Position numbers and translations under genes: made by a program. 32,000 bases of DNA from an uncultured archaeon (lineage in GTDB: Archaea > Iainarchaeota > Iainarchaeia > Iainarchaeales > JAAZKV01). Below, in pieces: positions 8,464 through 16,731 of the stretch; within the stretch, counting starts at the first letter, position 1; the number at the start of each line of letters is the position of its first letter. Where the stretch lies: the NCBI GenBank assembly GCA_964551375.1, contig CAZKBG010000001.1, positions 540,001 through 572,000 on the forward strand, in the 5' to 3' direction. The notes beneath the pieces were generated by a model. The model searched no databases, had not been told where the DNA came from, and worked only from the letters and a program-made list of their open reading frames with translations.

Positions 8464-8479
8464 AAAAAAAGGTGAAAAT

Positions 8480-8704
8480 ATGAATGCGGAATTCAAAATA
8501 GGCGGAATACACTGCAAAAGCTGTATTGCCCTAATAAAAATGAATATTGAAGAAATAAAAGGAATAAGCGAAATCAGCGGAAATAATGACAAAGGCACAC
8601 TGAAAGTAAAATACGACGAAAAGACTGCAAAACTCACAGATATAATAAAGGCAATAGAACAGGATGGATACAAAGTAGAATCATACAAGGAAAGCAAAAA
8701 TTAA
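8480..8704 (+). CDS. Small heavy-metal-associated (HMA) domain protein / metallochaperone
   Basis: FKIGGIHCKSCIALIKMNIEEIKGI...VKYDEKTAKLTDIIKAIEQDGYKV is a CxxC HMA fold. SD GGTGA precedes ATG 8480. Confidence 0.88.
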   Translation: MNAEFKIGGIHCKSCIALIKMNIEEIKGISEISGNNDKGTLKVKYDEKTAKLTDIIKAIEQDGYKVESYKESKN

Positions 8705-8715
8705 GCGGGGCGATG

Positions 8716-10245
8716 AAAATGACTGAACACAACAAGAAACTTACGCATGCAACAATCAAAATAAACAATATGGTTTGCACAAGCTGCGAAACAATCATTG
8801 AAAAAAGCGTGAAGAAGAAAAACGGGATTGAAAGAATAAATGTTGATTACAATAATGGGGAAGCAAAAGTTACTTATGATTCTTCAAAAGCGACTCTTAA
8901 GGAAATTTATGACGCAGTAAGAGAAGCAGGATATGAAGTTGTTGAAGGCGATGAAAAAAGAAGAATCAGCCCTACACACATTGCCCTTGGAATATTTGTG
9001 GCAATAATGCTTGTATTTGGATACTTAGCAGTATCAAGCACGCTTGAAGGAATGAACATATCAATACCCCAAATAGATGCAGGCACAAGCGCAATAATAA
9101 TTTTCTTTGTAGGACTTTTAACAGGATTTCACTGCATAGGAATGTGCGGAGGATTTGTATTAGGATACACCGCAGAAGCAAGAAAAGCGAACCCAAAATC
9201 GCTTAACCTTGGAGCGCACGCCCAATATTCAATTGGAAAAATAATCTCCTATTCAATAATAGGAGGAATATTTGGACTTGTTGGAAGCATATTTGTATTC
9301 AGCCCAACACTAAGAGCCATGATCGCAATAATTGCGGGAATATTTTTAATATTTTACGCACTAAAAATGCTTAATGTTCACCCATCCTTAAGAAAACTAA
9401 GCCTTCCAAGAGGACTCTTTGACAGGCTAAGAATCGGACCGCTAAAGAAAAGCTCAAACCCGCTTGCAATCGGACTTGCTAACGGATTATTTATCGCATG
9501 CGGACCATTACAAGCCATGTACATCCTTGCCATGGCAACTGGCTCATTCACGGGAGGAGCAATAATATTATTTGCGTTTGCAATCGGAACACTAATCCCA
9601 ATGATGGGTTTTGGAATCTTCGCCTCATTCATAAGCAGAGGAATGCAAAACAGCATAGTAAGGATTTCGGCAATAATAGTTCTTGTAATGGGAATACTAA
9701 TGATAAACAACGGATTAGTTCTGACAGGAAATAATGTAACTTCCATATTTGCCACCCCAAACTTAAACGCTTCAAATACACAAGGCAACAACACTAATCT
9801 TGCAATTTCAAATAACCCAGCCGATTCAGGAACTCAAACAAGCAACGGACCAGGATATCAAGTGATAAACATGGATGTAGTAGGCACAGGATACTCGCCA
9901 AACAGCTTTGTGCTCAAAACAGGAGTTCCTGTTAAATGGGTAATTAATGGAAAAGAAGTCACAGGATGCAACGGAGGAATAATAGTTCCAGCATACAACC
10001 TTGATTTTAAGATAAAAAAAGGAATACAAACAATCGAATTCACCCCTACAAAAGCAGGAACAATAAACTGGAGCTGCTGGATGGGAATGATACCAGGACA
10101 ATTTATTGTAAGAGATGATGTGAGCATTGACAAAGACGGAAAAGTTGTTCTAAGCCCAGCTATTGAAAAAGAAGCGGTTGCTAGCGCAGCCGCTGCACCA
10201 AAAGCAAGCGGACACTCATGCGGATGCGGGATGAAAAGCGCATAA
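8716..10245 (+). CDS. HMA domain + TauE/SafE-like (COG2836-type) membrane transporter + C-terminal cupredoxin-like domain fusion
   Basis: N-terminal KINNMVCTSCETIIEK...; membrane core FFVGLLTGFHCIGMCGGFVLGYTAEA...GLANGLFIACGPLQAMYILAMATGSFTGGAIILFAFAIGTLIPMMGFG; C-terminal PVKWVINGKEVTGCNGGIIVPAYNLDFKIKKGIQTIEFTPTKAGTINWSCWMGMIPGQFIV; tail HSCGCGMKSA. The track starts at 8713 (ATG 8716 or the alternative M upstream). Confidence 0.88.
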   Translation, partial: KMTEHNKKLTHATIKINNMVCTSCETIIEKSVKKKNGIERINVDYNNGEAKVTYDSSKATLKEIYDAVREAGYEVVEGDEKRRISPTHIALGIFVAIMLVFGYLAVSSTLEGMNISIPQIDAGTSAIIIFFVGLLTGFHCIGMCGGFVLGYTAEARKANPKSLNLGAHAQYSIGKIISYSIIGGIFGLVGSIFVFSPTLRAMIAIIAGIFLIFYALKMLNVHPSLRKLSLPRGLFDRLRIGPLKKSSNPLAIGLANGLFIACGPLQAMYILAMATGSFTGGAIILFAFAIGTLIPMMGFGIFASFISRGMQNSIVRISAIIVLVMGILMINNGLVLTGNNVTSIFATPNLNASNTQGNNTNLAISNNPADSGTQTSNGPGYQVINMDVVGTGYSPNSFVLKTGVPVKWVINGKEVTGCNGGIIVPAYNLDFKIKKGIQTIEFTPTKAGTINWSCWMGMIPGQFIVRDDVSIDKDGKVVLSPAIEKEAVASAAAAPKASGHSCGCGMKSA

Positions 10246-10294
10246 ATATAACAACAATTAATTAAATAATTAATGCGAGACGAAGGAATGCCTT

Positions 10295-12493
10295 ATGAAA
10301 AAAATCACACTACAAGTAGGCGGAATGCACTGCGCAAGCTGTGCTGTGATAATCAATAAAACCCTGTCAAATAAAGAGGGCGTGAAAGAAGCTAATGTTA
10401 ATTACTCTAATTCAAAAGCAACAATAGAATTTGATGAAACCAAGCTAAAGGATACAGAGTTAATTAATGCGATAAAAGGAGCAGGTTATGACGCAACACT
10501 CCTTGCAAAAAGAATTGACGCAGAAAAACAAAATACGCTTCAAACTAAAGAAATCAAACACATTAGAAATACTTTTTTACTCAGCTTAACATTCGCACTC
10601 CCCGCATTCATAATAGGAATGGTATTAATGCAAATAGGAATTGAACTCCCACACATGGGGCTGATTCTTTTTGTTCTAGCAACCCCAGTTCAATTCATTG
10701 TAGGAAAACAATTTTATTTAGGAGCATGGGCGGCTCTGAAAAATAAAACAGCAAGCATGGACACATTAATTGCGGTAGGCACAAGCGCAGCATATTTGCT
10801 TAGTTTGTATAATATTTTATTCAACCCGACTGCGGGGCAATACTTTGAAACAAGCGCAATACTAATTACACTTGTAATTCTAGGAAAATGGCTTGAAGCA
10901 ATAGCAAAAAGCAAAACAAGCGAAGCAATAAAAAAACTAATGAATTTAACTCCAAAAACAGCAAATGTAATTCGAAACCGCAAAGAAATTACAATACCTG
11001 TTGATGACATCAAACTCGGGGATTTAATTATTGTAAAACCCGGCGAAAGAATCGCAGTTGACGGCGAAATAACAAGCGGACACTCAGCAATTGATGAAAG
11101 CATGATAACAGGAGAAAGCATTCCTGTGGAAAAGAAAACAGGAGACAGCGTAATAGGGGGAACAATAAATAAACACGGAACAATTACATTCAAAGCAACA
11201 AAAATCGGCGAAAACACCACACTTGCGCACATAATAAAACTAATTGAAGACGCTCAAGGCAAAAAAGCGCCAATACAAAGATACGCTGATACGATAAGCG
11301 GATACTTTGTTCCAGCAGTTATTGCAATTGCAATATGCACATTTATTGTTTGGTACTTTATTTTCAATATGGGATTTTCATTCAGCATCTTAACAAGCGT
11401 AGCAGTGCTTGTAATTGCATGCCCTTGCGCATTAGGACTAGCCACCCCAACTTCAATAATGGTTGGAACTGGGCTAGGCGCAAAATACGGGATATTAATT
11501 AAAGGAGGAGATGCTCTTGAAACTGCCCACAAATTAAAATATGTTATTTTTGACAAAACAGGAACTATTACAAAAGGAGTTCCTGAAGTAACCGAAATAA
11601 TACCTTTAGGAAAAATCAGCGCTCAAAAAGTTCTTGAAATAGCAGCAAGCATGGAAAAAACAAGCGAACACCCTCTTGCTGATGCAATTGTGGAAAAGGC
11701 AAGGCAGGATAAAATTGAGCTTAGCAAAGTTCTGCACTTTAAAGCAATAGTCGGGCACGGAATTGAAGGAGAAATAAACAAAAAGAAATATTACCTGGGA
11801 AACACAAAACTTCTGCTTAAAATCGGAATTAAATCCGATGAAATAAAAGAAAAAATGGCAAAACTTGAAAGCGAAGGAAAAACAGTAATGATACTGGCTG
11901 ATTCAAAGCAAGCGCTTGGATTAATCGCAGCAGCCGACGCAATAAAAGAAACTTCAAAAGAGGCTGTTTCTTCGCTTGAAAAACTTGGAATAGAAGTTTA
12001 TATGATTACTGGAGACAACGAAAGAACAGCAAGAGCAATCGCAACACAAGCGGGAATAAAAAATATATTTGCTGAAGTTCTTCCTGCAGACAAGGCAAAT
12101 TATGTGAAAAAACTTCAGGAAAACGGAAAATACAAAGTAGCAATGGTGGGGGACGGGATAAATGACTCTCCAGCGCTTGCCCAAGCGGATATTGGAATAG
12201 CAATGGGAAGCGGAACTGATGTAGCAATGGAAACAGGAAATATAGTACTAATGCAGAATAACCTAAAAGATGTGTCAAAAGCAATCAAACTCTCAAGAAT
12301 TACAATAGGAAAAATAAAACAAAACATGTTCTGGGCATTGTTCTACAACGTGGTTGGAATACCAATCGCAGCAGGAGTGCTGTACTTTTCATTAGGAATA
12401 CTCCTATCCCCAATAATCGCAGGCGGAGCAATGGCGCTAAGCTCAGTATCCGTTGTAACCAATTCTCTTTTAATGAAAAGAAGAAAATTGTAA
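10295..12493 (+). CDS. copA: Copper-translocating P1B-type ATPase
   Basis: HMA GGMHCASC, TGES, VIACPCALGLATP (CPC), DKTGTITKG, HPLADAI and GDGINDSPALAQADIGIAMGSGTD motifs. Confidence 0.95.
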   Translation: MKKITLQVGGMHCASCAVIINKTLSNKEGVKEANVNYSNSKATIEFDETKLKDTELINAIKGAGYDATLLAKRIDAEKQNTLQTKEIKHIRNTFLLSLTFALPAFIIGMVLMQIGIELPHMGLILFVLATPVQFIVGKQFYLGAWAALKNKTASMDTLIAVGTSAAYLLSLYNILFNPTAGQYFETSAILITLVILGKWLEAIAKSKTSEAIKKLMNLTPKTANVIRNRKEITIPVDDIKLGDLIIVKPGERIAVDGEITSGHSAIDESMITGESIPVEKKTGDSVIGGTINKHGTITFKATKIGENTTLAHIIKLIEDAQGKKAPIQRYADTISGYFVPAVIAIAICTFIVWYFIFNMGFSFSILTSVAVLVIACPCALGLATPTSIMVGTGLGAKYGILIKGGDALETAHKLKYVIFDKTGTITKGVPEVTEIIPLGKISAQKVLEIAASMEKTSEHPLADAIVEKARQDKIELSKVLHFKAIVGHGIEGEINKKKYYLGNTKLLLKIGIKSDEIKEKMAKLESEGKTVMILADSKQALGLIAAADAIKETSKEAVSSLEKLGIEVYMITGDNERTARAIATQAGIKNIFAEVLPADKANYVKKLQENGKYKVAMVGDGINDSPALAQADIGIAMGSGTDVAMETGNIVLMQNNLKDVSKAIKLSRITIGKIKQNMFWALFYNVVGIPIAAGVLYFSLGILLSPIIAGGAMALSSVSVVTNSLLMKRRKL

Positions 12494-12566
12494 GCAAATC
12501 TCTTAAGCGCAACCGCACCCAGATAATTTATTAACCAAAAAAACATACTACTATCGGTGCAACAGT

Positions 12567-13595
12567 TTGGAAAAAAAAGGATTTAACAACAACAAATACT
12601 TCAAAGCCCAATTAAAAGCAATAAAAAAAAGGGCTGGAAAATTTGACAGAGTATACCTTGAGATAGGCGGAAGATTGACTTACGACGGACATGCCTCAAG
12701 AGTAATGCCCGGATATAATCCAAAAAATAAAGTTGAACTTTTAAAAATACTGAAAAATGATGTTGAAGTGCTTTACTGCATAAGCTCTCACGAACTACAA
12801 AAAGGAACTAAATGGAGCAATACAGGAATGACACTAAATAAACTTGCGCTAAAAGAAATAGCAGAACTTGAGAGCTACGGGATAAAAGTGCATGGGGTAG
12901 TAGCAACACGCTTCAAAGGCGAAAAGAAAGTCCTTGAGTTCAAAAAAGAACTTGAAGAAACAGGAAAAGATTTATACACAACTTACAACATTGAAGGGTA
13001 TCCTTACGAAATGCACCACATCTTTGGAAAACATGGATTTAATGCTCAGCCGTACATTCCAACGACTCGAAAAATAATTGTAGTAACAGGCGCAGGAGCA
13101 AATTCAGGCAAAATGTTTGTATGTCTCTCTCAAATCTTCCACGAAGACAAAAGAGGACTTGACAGCGGATTTGCAAAGTGGGAAACATTCCCAATATGGA
13201 ACCTTCCGCTAAATCATGAAGTCAACATTGCCTACGAAGCAGCAACTGCTGATATTAAAGATGTAATAATGATTGATCCATTTCACAAAAAGAAATACGG
13301 AATTGATGCTGTGAACTACAACAGGGATGTTGAGAACTTTTATATTTTGAAAAAAATCATCACAAAAATTGCAAAACCGCACAACTTCATGCACAAATAC
13401 AACTCCCCCACAGATATGGGAATGAATATGGCAAAAAAAGGGATAGTAAATGACGCTGTTTGCAGAGCTGCTGGAAGAGAAGAAATAATTCGAAGAAACG
13501 AATTCTACAAAAAAGAGCTGAAAGGGACTGCCAGAGAAGAAACACTAAAAAGAATGGAAGAAATATTCAAATCCGCCAAAATTGCGCTTAAATAA
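12567..13595 (+). CDS. DUF1846 family protein, short form
   Basis: GFNNNKYFKAQLKAIKKRAGKFDRVYLEIGGRLTYDGHASRVMPGYNPKNKVELL, VVTGAGANSGKMFVCLSQIFHEDKRGLDSGFAKWETFPIWNLPLNHEVNIAYEAATADIKDVIMIDPFH and AVNYNRDVENF are characteristic of DUF1846. TTG start. Confidence 0.87.
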   Translation: MEKKGFNNNKYFKAQLKAIKKRAGKFDRVYLEIGGRLTYDGHASRVMPGYNPKNKVELLKILKNDVEVLYCISSHELQKGTKWSNTGMTLNKLALKEIAELESYGIKVHGVVATRFKGEKKVLEFKKELEETGKDLYTTYNIEGYPYEMHHIFGKHGFNAQPYIPTTRKIIVVTGAGANSGKMFVCLSQIFHEDKRGLDSGFAKWETFPIWNLPLNHEVNIAYEAATADIKDVIMIDPFHKKKYGIDAVNYNRDVENFYILKKIITKIAKPHNFMHKYNSPTDMGMNMAKKGIVNDAVCRAAGREEIIRRNEFYKKELKGTAREETLKRMEEIFKSAKIALK

Positions 13596-13617
13596 TTCGA
13601 CTAAATTGATTAAAAAA

Positions 13618-13688
13618 AGCAGGGAAAGGGAGTTGAACCCTCCTAACTCCCTCTGCAGGGGAGTGCATAACCGCTTTGCTATCCCTGC
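13618..13688 (-). tRNA. tRNA-Cys(GCA)
   Basis: The reverse complement folds with acceptor GCAGGGA/UCCCUGC, anticodon stem CUCCC/GGGAG, loop CUGCAGA (anticodon GCA), and T-arm GAGGG-UUCAACU-CCCUU. Discriminator is U73, typical for Cys. No CCA is encoded. Confidence 0.93.
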
Positions 13689-13779
13689 CTGAATAGCAAA
13701 TAAATTACCTAACATTTCATTTAAAAAACTGCTTAATTGAATGAATTAAAAAACAAACCAGCCATAAAATAAGCTAAAT

Positions 13780-13934
13780 GCAGCTGTGGTGAAGTGGTAT
13801 CATGCAACCTTCCCAGAGCCTTGCTAAGGCTCGCGAAAGGGCTATCTTCGCGCTAACTGCGCTCGATAACCCAGATGCAATTAGACAAAGACTGGAAAGA
13901 GGTTGAGCTCCGGGTTCGATTCCCGGCGGCTGCA
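13780..13934 (+). tRNA. tRNA-Gly(CCC) with an intron at 37/38 (intron 13816-13899, 84 nt)
   Basis: Acceptor GCAGCUG/CGGCUGC, D-arm GUGA-AGUGGUA-UCAU, anticodon stem CAACC/GGUUG, mature loop UUCCCAA, T-arm CCGGG-UUCGAUU-CCCGG. The BHB core helix UUCC (13810-13813)/GGAA (13894-13897) has 3-nt bulges CA^G and AG^A. Confidence 0.93.
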
Positions 13935-13975
13935 TCATTATTAATTATTCAAGCAGTTAATCAATAGGTGATCTT

Positions 13976-14506
13976 TTGGAAGCAATTAAATGCATTATGA
14001 CAAGAAAAAGCATCAGAAAATATTCAAACAAAGAAGTTTCTGAAAGCGAATTAAAAATAATACTTGAGTGCGCAATGCAAGCTCCATCAGCTGTAAACGA
14101 ACAGCCATGGGAATTCATCGTAGTAAGAGAAAAATCCCTTCTTGAAAAACTATCTAAAGTGACACTTTATAGCGGAATGATTAAAACTTCTTCAGTGGCA
14201 ATAGTTATCTGCATTAATGAAAAAAAAGAAAATGTGTGGGGAAAAACTTTTTATGGTAAAGGATTTTCAATACAAGACTGCTCAGCAGCCGCGCAAAATA
14301 TACTCCTCTCTGCGCACGCACAGGGATTAGGAGCAGTTTGGGTGGGAGCATACCCAAGCGAAAAAATAGTTTCAACAATTAGAGAAATATTTGACATCCC
14401 TAAACACATAACTCCGCTTTGCATAATTCCAATCGGCTATCCAAAGGAAAAATTAAAAGCTGAAAAAAGATACAAAGAAGAAAGGGTGCATAAAGAAAAA
14501 TGGTAA
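13976..14506 (+). CDS. Nitroreductase family protein
   Basis: TRKSIRKYSNKEVSESELKIILECAMQAPSAVNEQPWEFIVV...DCSAAAQNILLSAHAQGLGAVWVG...IIPIGYP. TTG start after GGTGAT. Confidence 0.92.
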   Translation: MEAIKCIMTRKSIRKYSNKEVSESELKIILECAMQAPSAVNEQPWEFIVVREKSLLEKLSKVTLYSGMIKTSSVAIVICINEKKENVWGKTFYGKGFSIQDCSAAAQNILLSAHAQGLGAVWVGAYPSEKIVSTIREIFDIPKHITPLCIIPIGYPKEKLKAEKRYKEERVHKEKW

Positions 14507-14540
14507 AAATAATAATAAACAATATCAGAAGGACTGGTAA

Positions 14541-15359
14541 ATGATTATCGTAAGCGCATGCCTTGCAGGATACCACTGCACATACAAAGGAGGCAGCGCG
14601 CCCGCAAAGCATGTAATTGAACTTGTGAAGCAGGGGAAAGCGGTTCCTGTGTGCCCTGAACAACTCGCGGGCTTTGGAACACCAAGACTTGACGCTGAAA
14701 TAAAAGACGGGAGAGTATATGAACTTGGCGGAAGAGACATTACAGAAATGTTTGAAAAAGGCGCGCAAGAAGTTCTGCGAATAGCAAAACAATATGGCTG
14801 CAAAGAAGCGATATTAAAAGCCCGCTCCCCATCGTGCGGATGCGGGATTATACGCGACGGCACATTTCAAGGAGGATACATCAAAGGAGACGGGTGGACT
14901 GCAAAGAAATTGAAAGAAAACGGCATTAAAGTTTACGGCGATGAAGAAAATCCTTATATTAAAAAAGAAGCTCCATTCAAAGGAACAATAATTGAAGAAA
15001 GCCTTGAAAATCAAAAAGTTCTGAAAAAAGTTAAAATAATCAAGACAAAAGTTGAGCAGGTTGTTGAAAAACACAAAACCCCTTGGATAAAACAATGGAC
15101 GCTACACTCAGTTGAAATTGACTCAGATAAAGCCGAAAGAATTGCCACAAAAATAAGCGAATCGCTTGAAACAAAGCACAACTGGTACGCTGATTTTAAG
15201 AACAAAACACACCATTATATTATTTTTAGAAATAAAGTTTTCTTTATTGATAAAACAAGCAAAAAAGAATACGATGAAGCAAAAGAATACGGAATTGCGC
15301 TCGGAATTCCGCCATACCAAGTTGATTTCCACCCTGAAGTAAAGAACTGGAAAAGATGA
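14541..15359 (+). CDS. DUF523 domain protein fused to a small C-terminal domain
   Basis: N-terminal SACLAGYHCTYKG...VPVCPEQLAGFGTPR...AILKARSPSCGCGIIRDG (DUF523). The C-terminal ~105 aa are KQWTLHSVEIDSDKAERIATKISESLETKHNWYADFKNKTHHYIIFRNKVFFIDKTSKKEYDEAKEYGIALGIPPYQVDF. Confidence 0.85.
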   Translation: MIIVSACLAGYHCTYKGGSAPAKHVIELVKQGKAVPVCPEQLAGFGTPRLDAEIKDGRVYELGGRDITEMFEKGAQEVLRIAKQYGCKEAILKARSPSCGCGIIRDGTFQGGYIKGDGWTAKKLKENGIKVYGDEENPYIKKEAPFKGTIIEESLENQKVLKKVKIIKTKVEQVVEKHKTPWIKQWTLHSVEIDSDKAERIATKISESLETKHNWYADFKNKTHHYIIFRNKVFFIDKTSKKEYDEAKEYGIALGIPPYQVDFHPEVKNWKR

Positions 15360-15399
15360 TGCAGCCAATCCTTTTATACAATAAAAAACATTACAAAAT

Positions 15400-15687
15400 A
15401 TGCAAAATTTCAAACTTGCAATAATTCTAATGATATTAATTGCATTAACTTCCCTGCTATTTGGATGCGCATCGACCCAGCAAGGAAGCGCTCAAAACGA
15501 CAATACAAACACTTCATTGTACTGCGGAAATGGATTCTGCCAAAAAGGATTTCCAGCAGGAGAAACAATTGAAAACTGCCCGGCTGACTGCTCAGAACAA
15601 CAGCAACAGGACCAAAACTACTGGAAAATAAAAGAAGATTTGCAAAAGCAAAAAGACGACGCTAATTCAACTCTTACAACAGAGTAG
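15400..15687 (+). CDS. Small putative lipoprotein with a CGNGxC...GExxxNCPxDC cysteine motif
   Basis: N-terminal hydrophobic segment with lipobox-like LLFGCAST, then YCGNGFCQKGFPAGETIENCPADC. Upstream TTTTATAC TATA-like box. Confidence 0.65.
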   Translation: MQNFKLAIILMILIALTSLLFGCASTQQGSAQNDNTNTSLYCGNGFCQKGFPAGETIENCPADCSEQQQQDQNYWKIKEDLQKQKDDANSTLTTE

Positions 15688-16552
15688 ACGCAAGAGCAAT
15701 GCTTGCCATAATTGTAATTATCGCCCCTGCCCACTGGTGGCGCTGAATTCTTTCATGATTTATCATAACTGCAAGAAAAATTGCAATCGCAGGATAACTC
15801 TCGGTTATAGCAGTAATTATCCCCAAATTATAGGAAGAAACTGAATAAGCATAAAACAGCCACGCAAAAGTATCAGCAATCCCTGTCCCAATCACAAGCC
15901 ACTTAACTTTACTTGCTTGCTTGAAAGTTGATTTAACCGCGCCCTTCTGCCACAGGATTACAAAACAAACAACTGTAATCACAAGCCACGGCACCCAAAT
16001 AGCCATAAGCGGAGAAACTTCTCTTGCTGAAAAACCTGTGAGAACATTAATCGCTCCCATTCCAACTGCAGCGCAGGCCGCTAAAATTACCCCCTTTTCA
16101 AGACGCTTCAAGATATTTAACTGCTTTAAATGCTTTGACTCAATCGCCATTAAAATAATTCCAAAGAAAATTGGAACTATCAAAATCAACTGGAAAAGCG
16201 AAACCCCTTCGCCAAAAAGAAGGAATGCCAAAACAATTGTAATAGGAAGCTCAAGTTCAATAACAACTTCCACTACTGAAAGTTTACCCTGCCTTAATGC
16301 TTCAAAGTCAAAAATCGCCCCGATAAAAGTAACTACTCCAAGAAGAAGAAGAATCAAAAGATTCTCAAGAGACGCCATCAAATAAAGATGAGGAATAATA
16401 AACGGCAATAGCCCTATTGCTCCAATTAAACCAATAAAAGCAAGAGATTCAAGATCCCCGATTTTTCTCACGCTTTTTTGAATCAAAAAGTCTCCAATTC
16501 CCCAGCAAATCATCGCCCCAAAAGCGGCTAAAAGAAAGAACTCGATTTCCAT
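15674..16552 (-). CDS. EamA/DMT-superfamily transporter
   Basis: About 10 hydrophobic segments in two EamA-like halves (CWGIGDFLIQKSVRKIGDLE...; GTGIADTFAWLFYAYSVSSYNLGIITAITESYPAIAIFLAVMINHERIQRHQWAGAIITIMA). The track starts at 16606, but ATG 16552 lies about 25 nt from a minus-strand TATA (CTATTTATAG) and is preferred. Confidence 0.8.
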   Translation of the reverse strand: MEIEFFLLAAFGAMICWGIGDFLIQKSVRKIGDLESLAFIGLIGAIGLLPFIIPHLYLMASLENLLILLLLGVVTFIGAIFDFEALRQGKLSVVEVVIELELPITIVLAFLLFGEGVSLFQLILIVPIFFGIILMAIESKHLKQLNILKRLEKGVILAACAAVGMGAINVLTGFSAREVSPLMAIWVPWLVITVVCFVILWQKGAVKSTFKQASKVKWLVIGTGIADTFAWLFYAYSVSSYNLGIITAITESYPAIAIFLAVMINHERIQRHQWAGAIITIMASIALASTLL

Positions 16553-16731
16553 TAGAATTAGTAAGAATTTGAGGCTATAAATAGGTTTTGTAGAGGGCAA
16601 GGACATAATTTTTGAAGGGACAAACCAACCTTTTTAAAGCTTTCACAAAGCAAGTTATTAAATCGGGCTTGGTGGAAGAAGCTAATTTGCTTAAATTTAT
16701 CGGCTGATTGATTGAAATTTGGTGAGCAGAA

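Noticed and set aside
8381-8479. In-frame upstream ATG (8381) that would add MCGKLQEKSDSAFWCQETPNVSHAPKTLKKGEN to the HMA protein
   Set aside because: It has no SD, lies close to the predicted TSS and overlaps the composite hairpin. The normal HMA start at 8480 has a perfect GGTGA SD. It remains a minor possibility as a leader peptide extension.
8311-8697. 128-aa minus-strand ORF overlapping the metal-operon leader and HMA gene
   Set aside because: Low-complexity hydrophobic/Phe-Ser translation antisense to a solid CDS with no recognisable family; an artefact of A-rich coding on the other strand.
10714-11232. 172-aa and similar ORFs antisense to copA
   Set aside because: Shadow ORFs of a well-supported P-type ATPase reading frame.
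13618-13934. tRNA pair as an integration hotspot (attachment site)
   Set aside because: No integrase, no duplicated tRNA 3' end and no foreign-looking block flanking the pair in this window.
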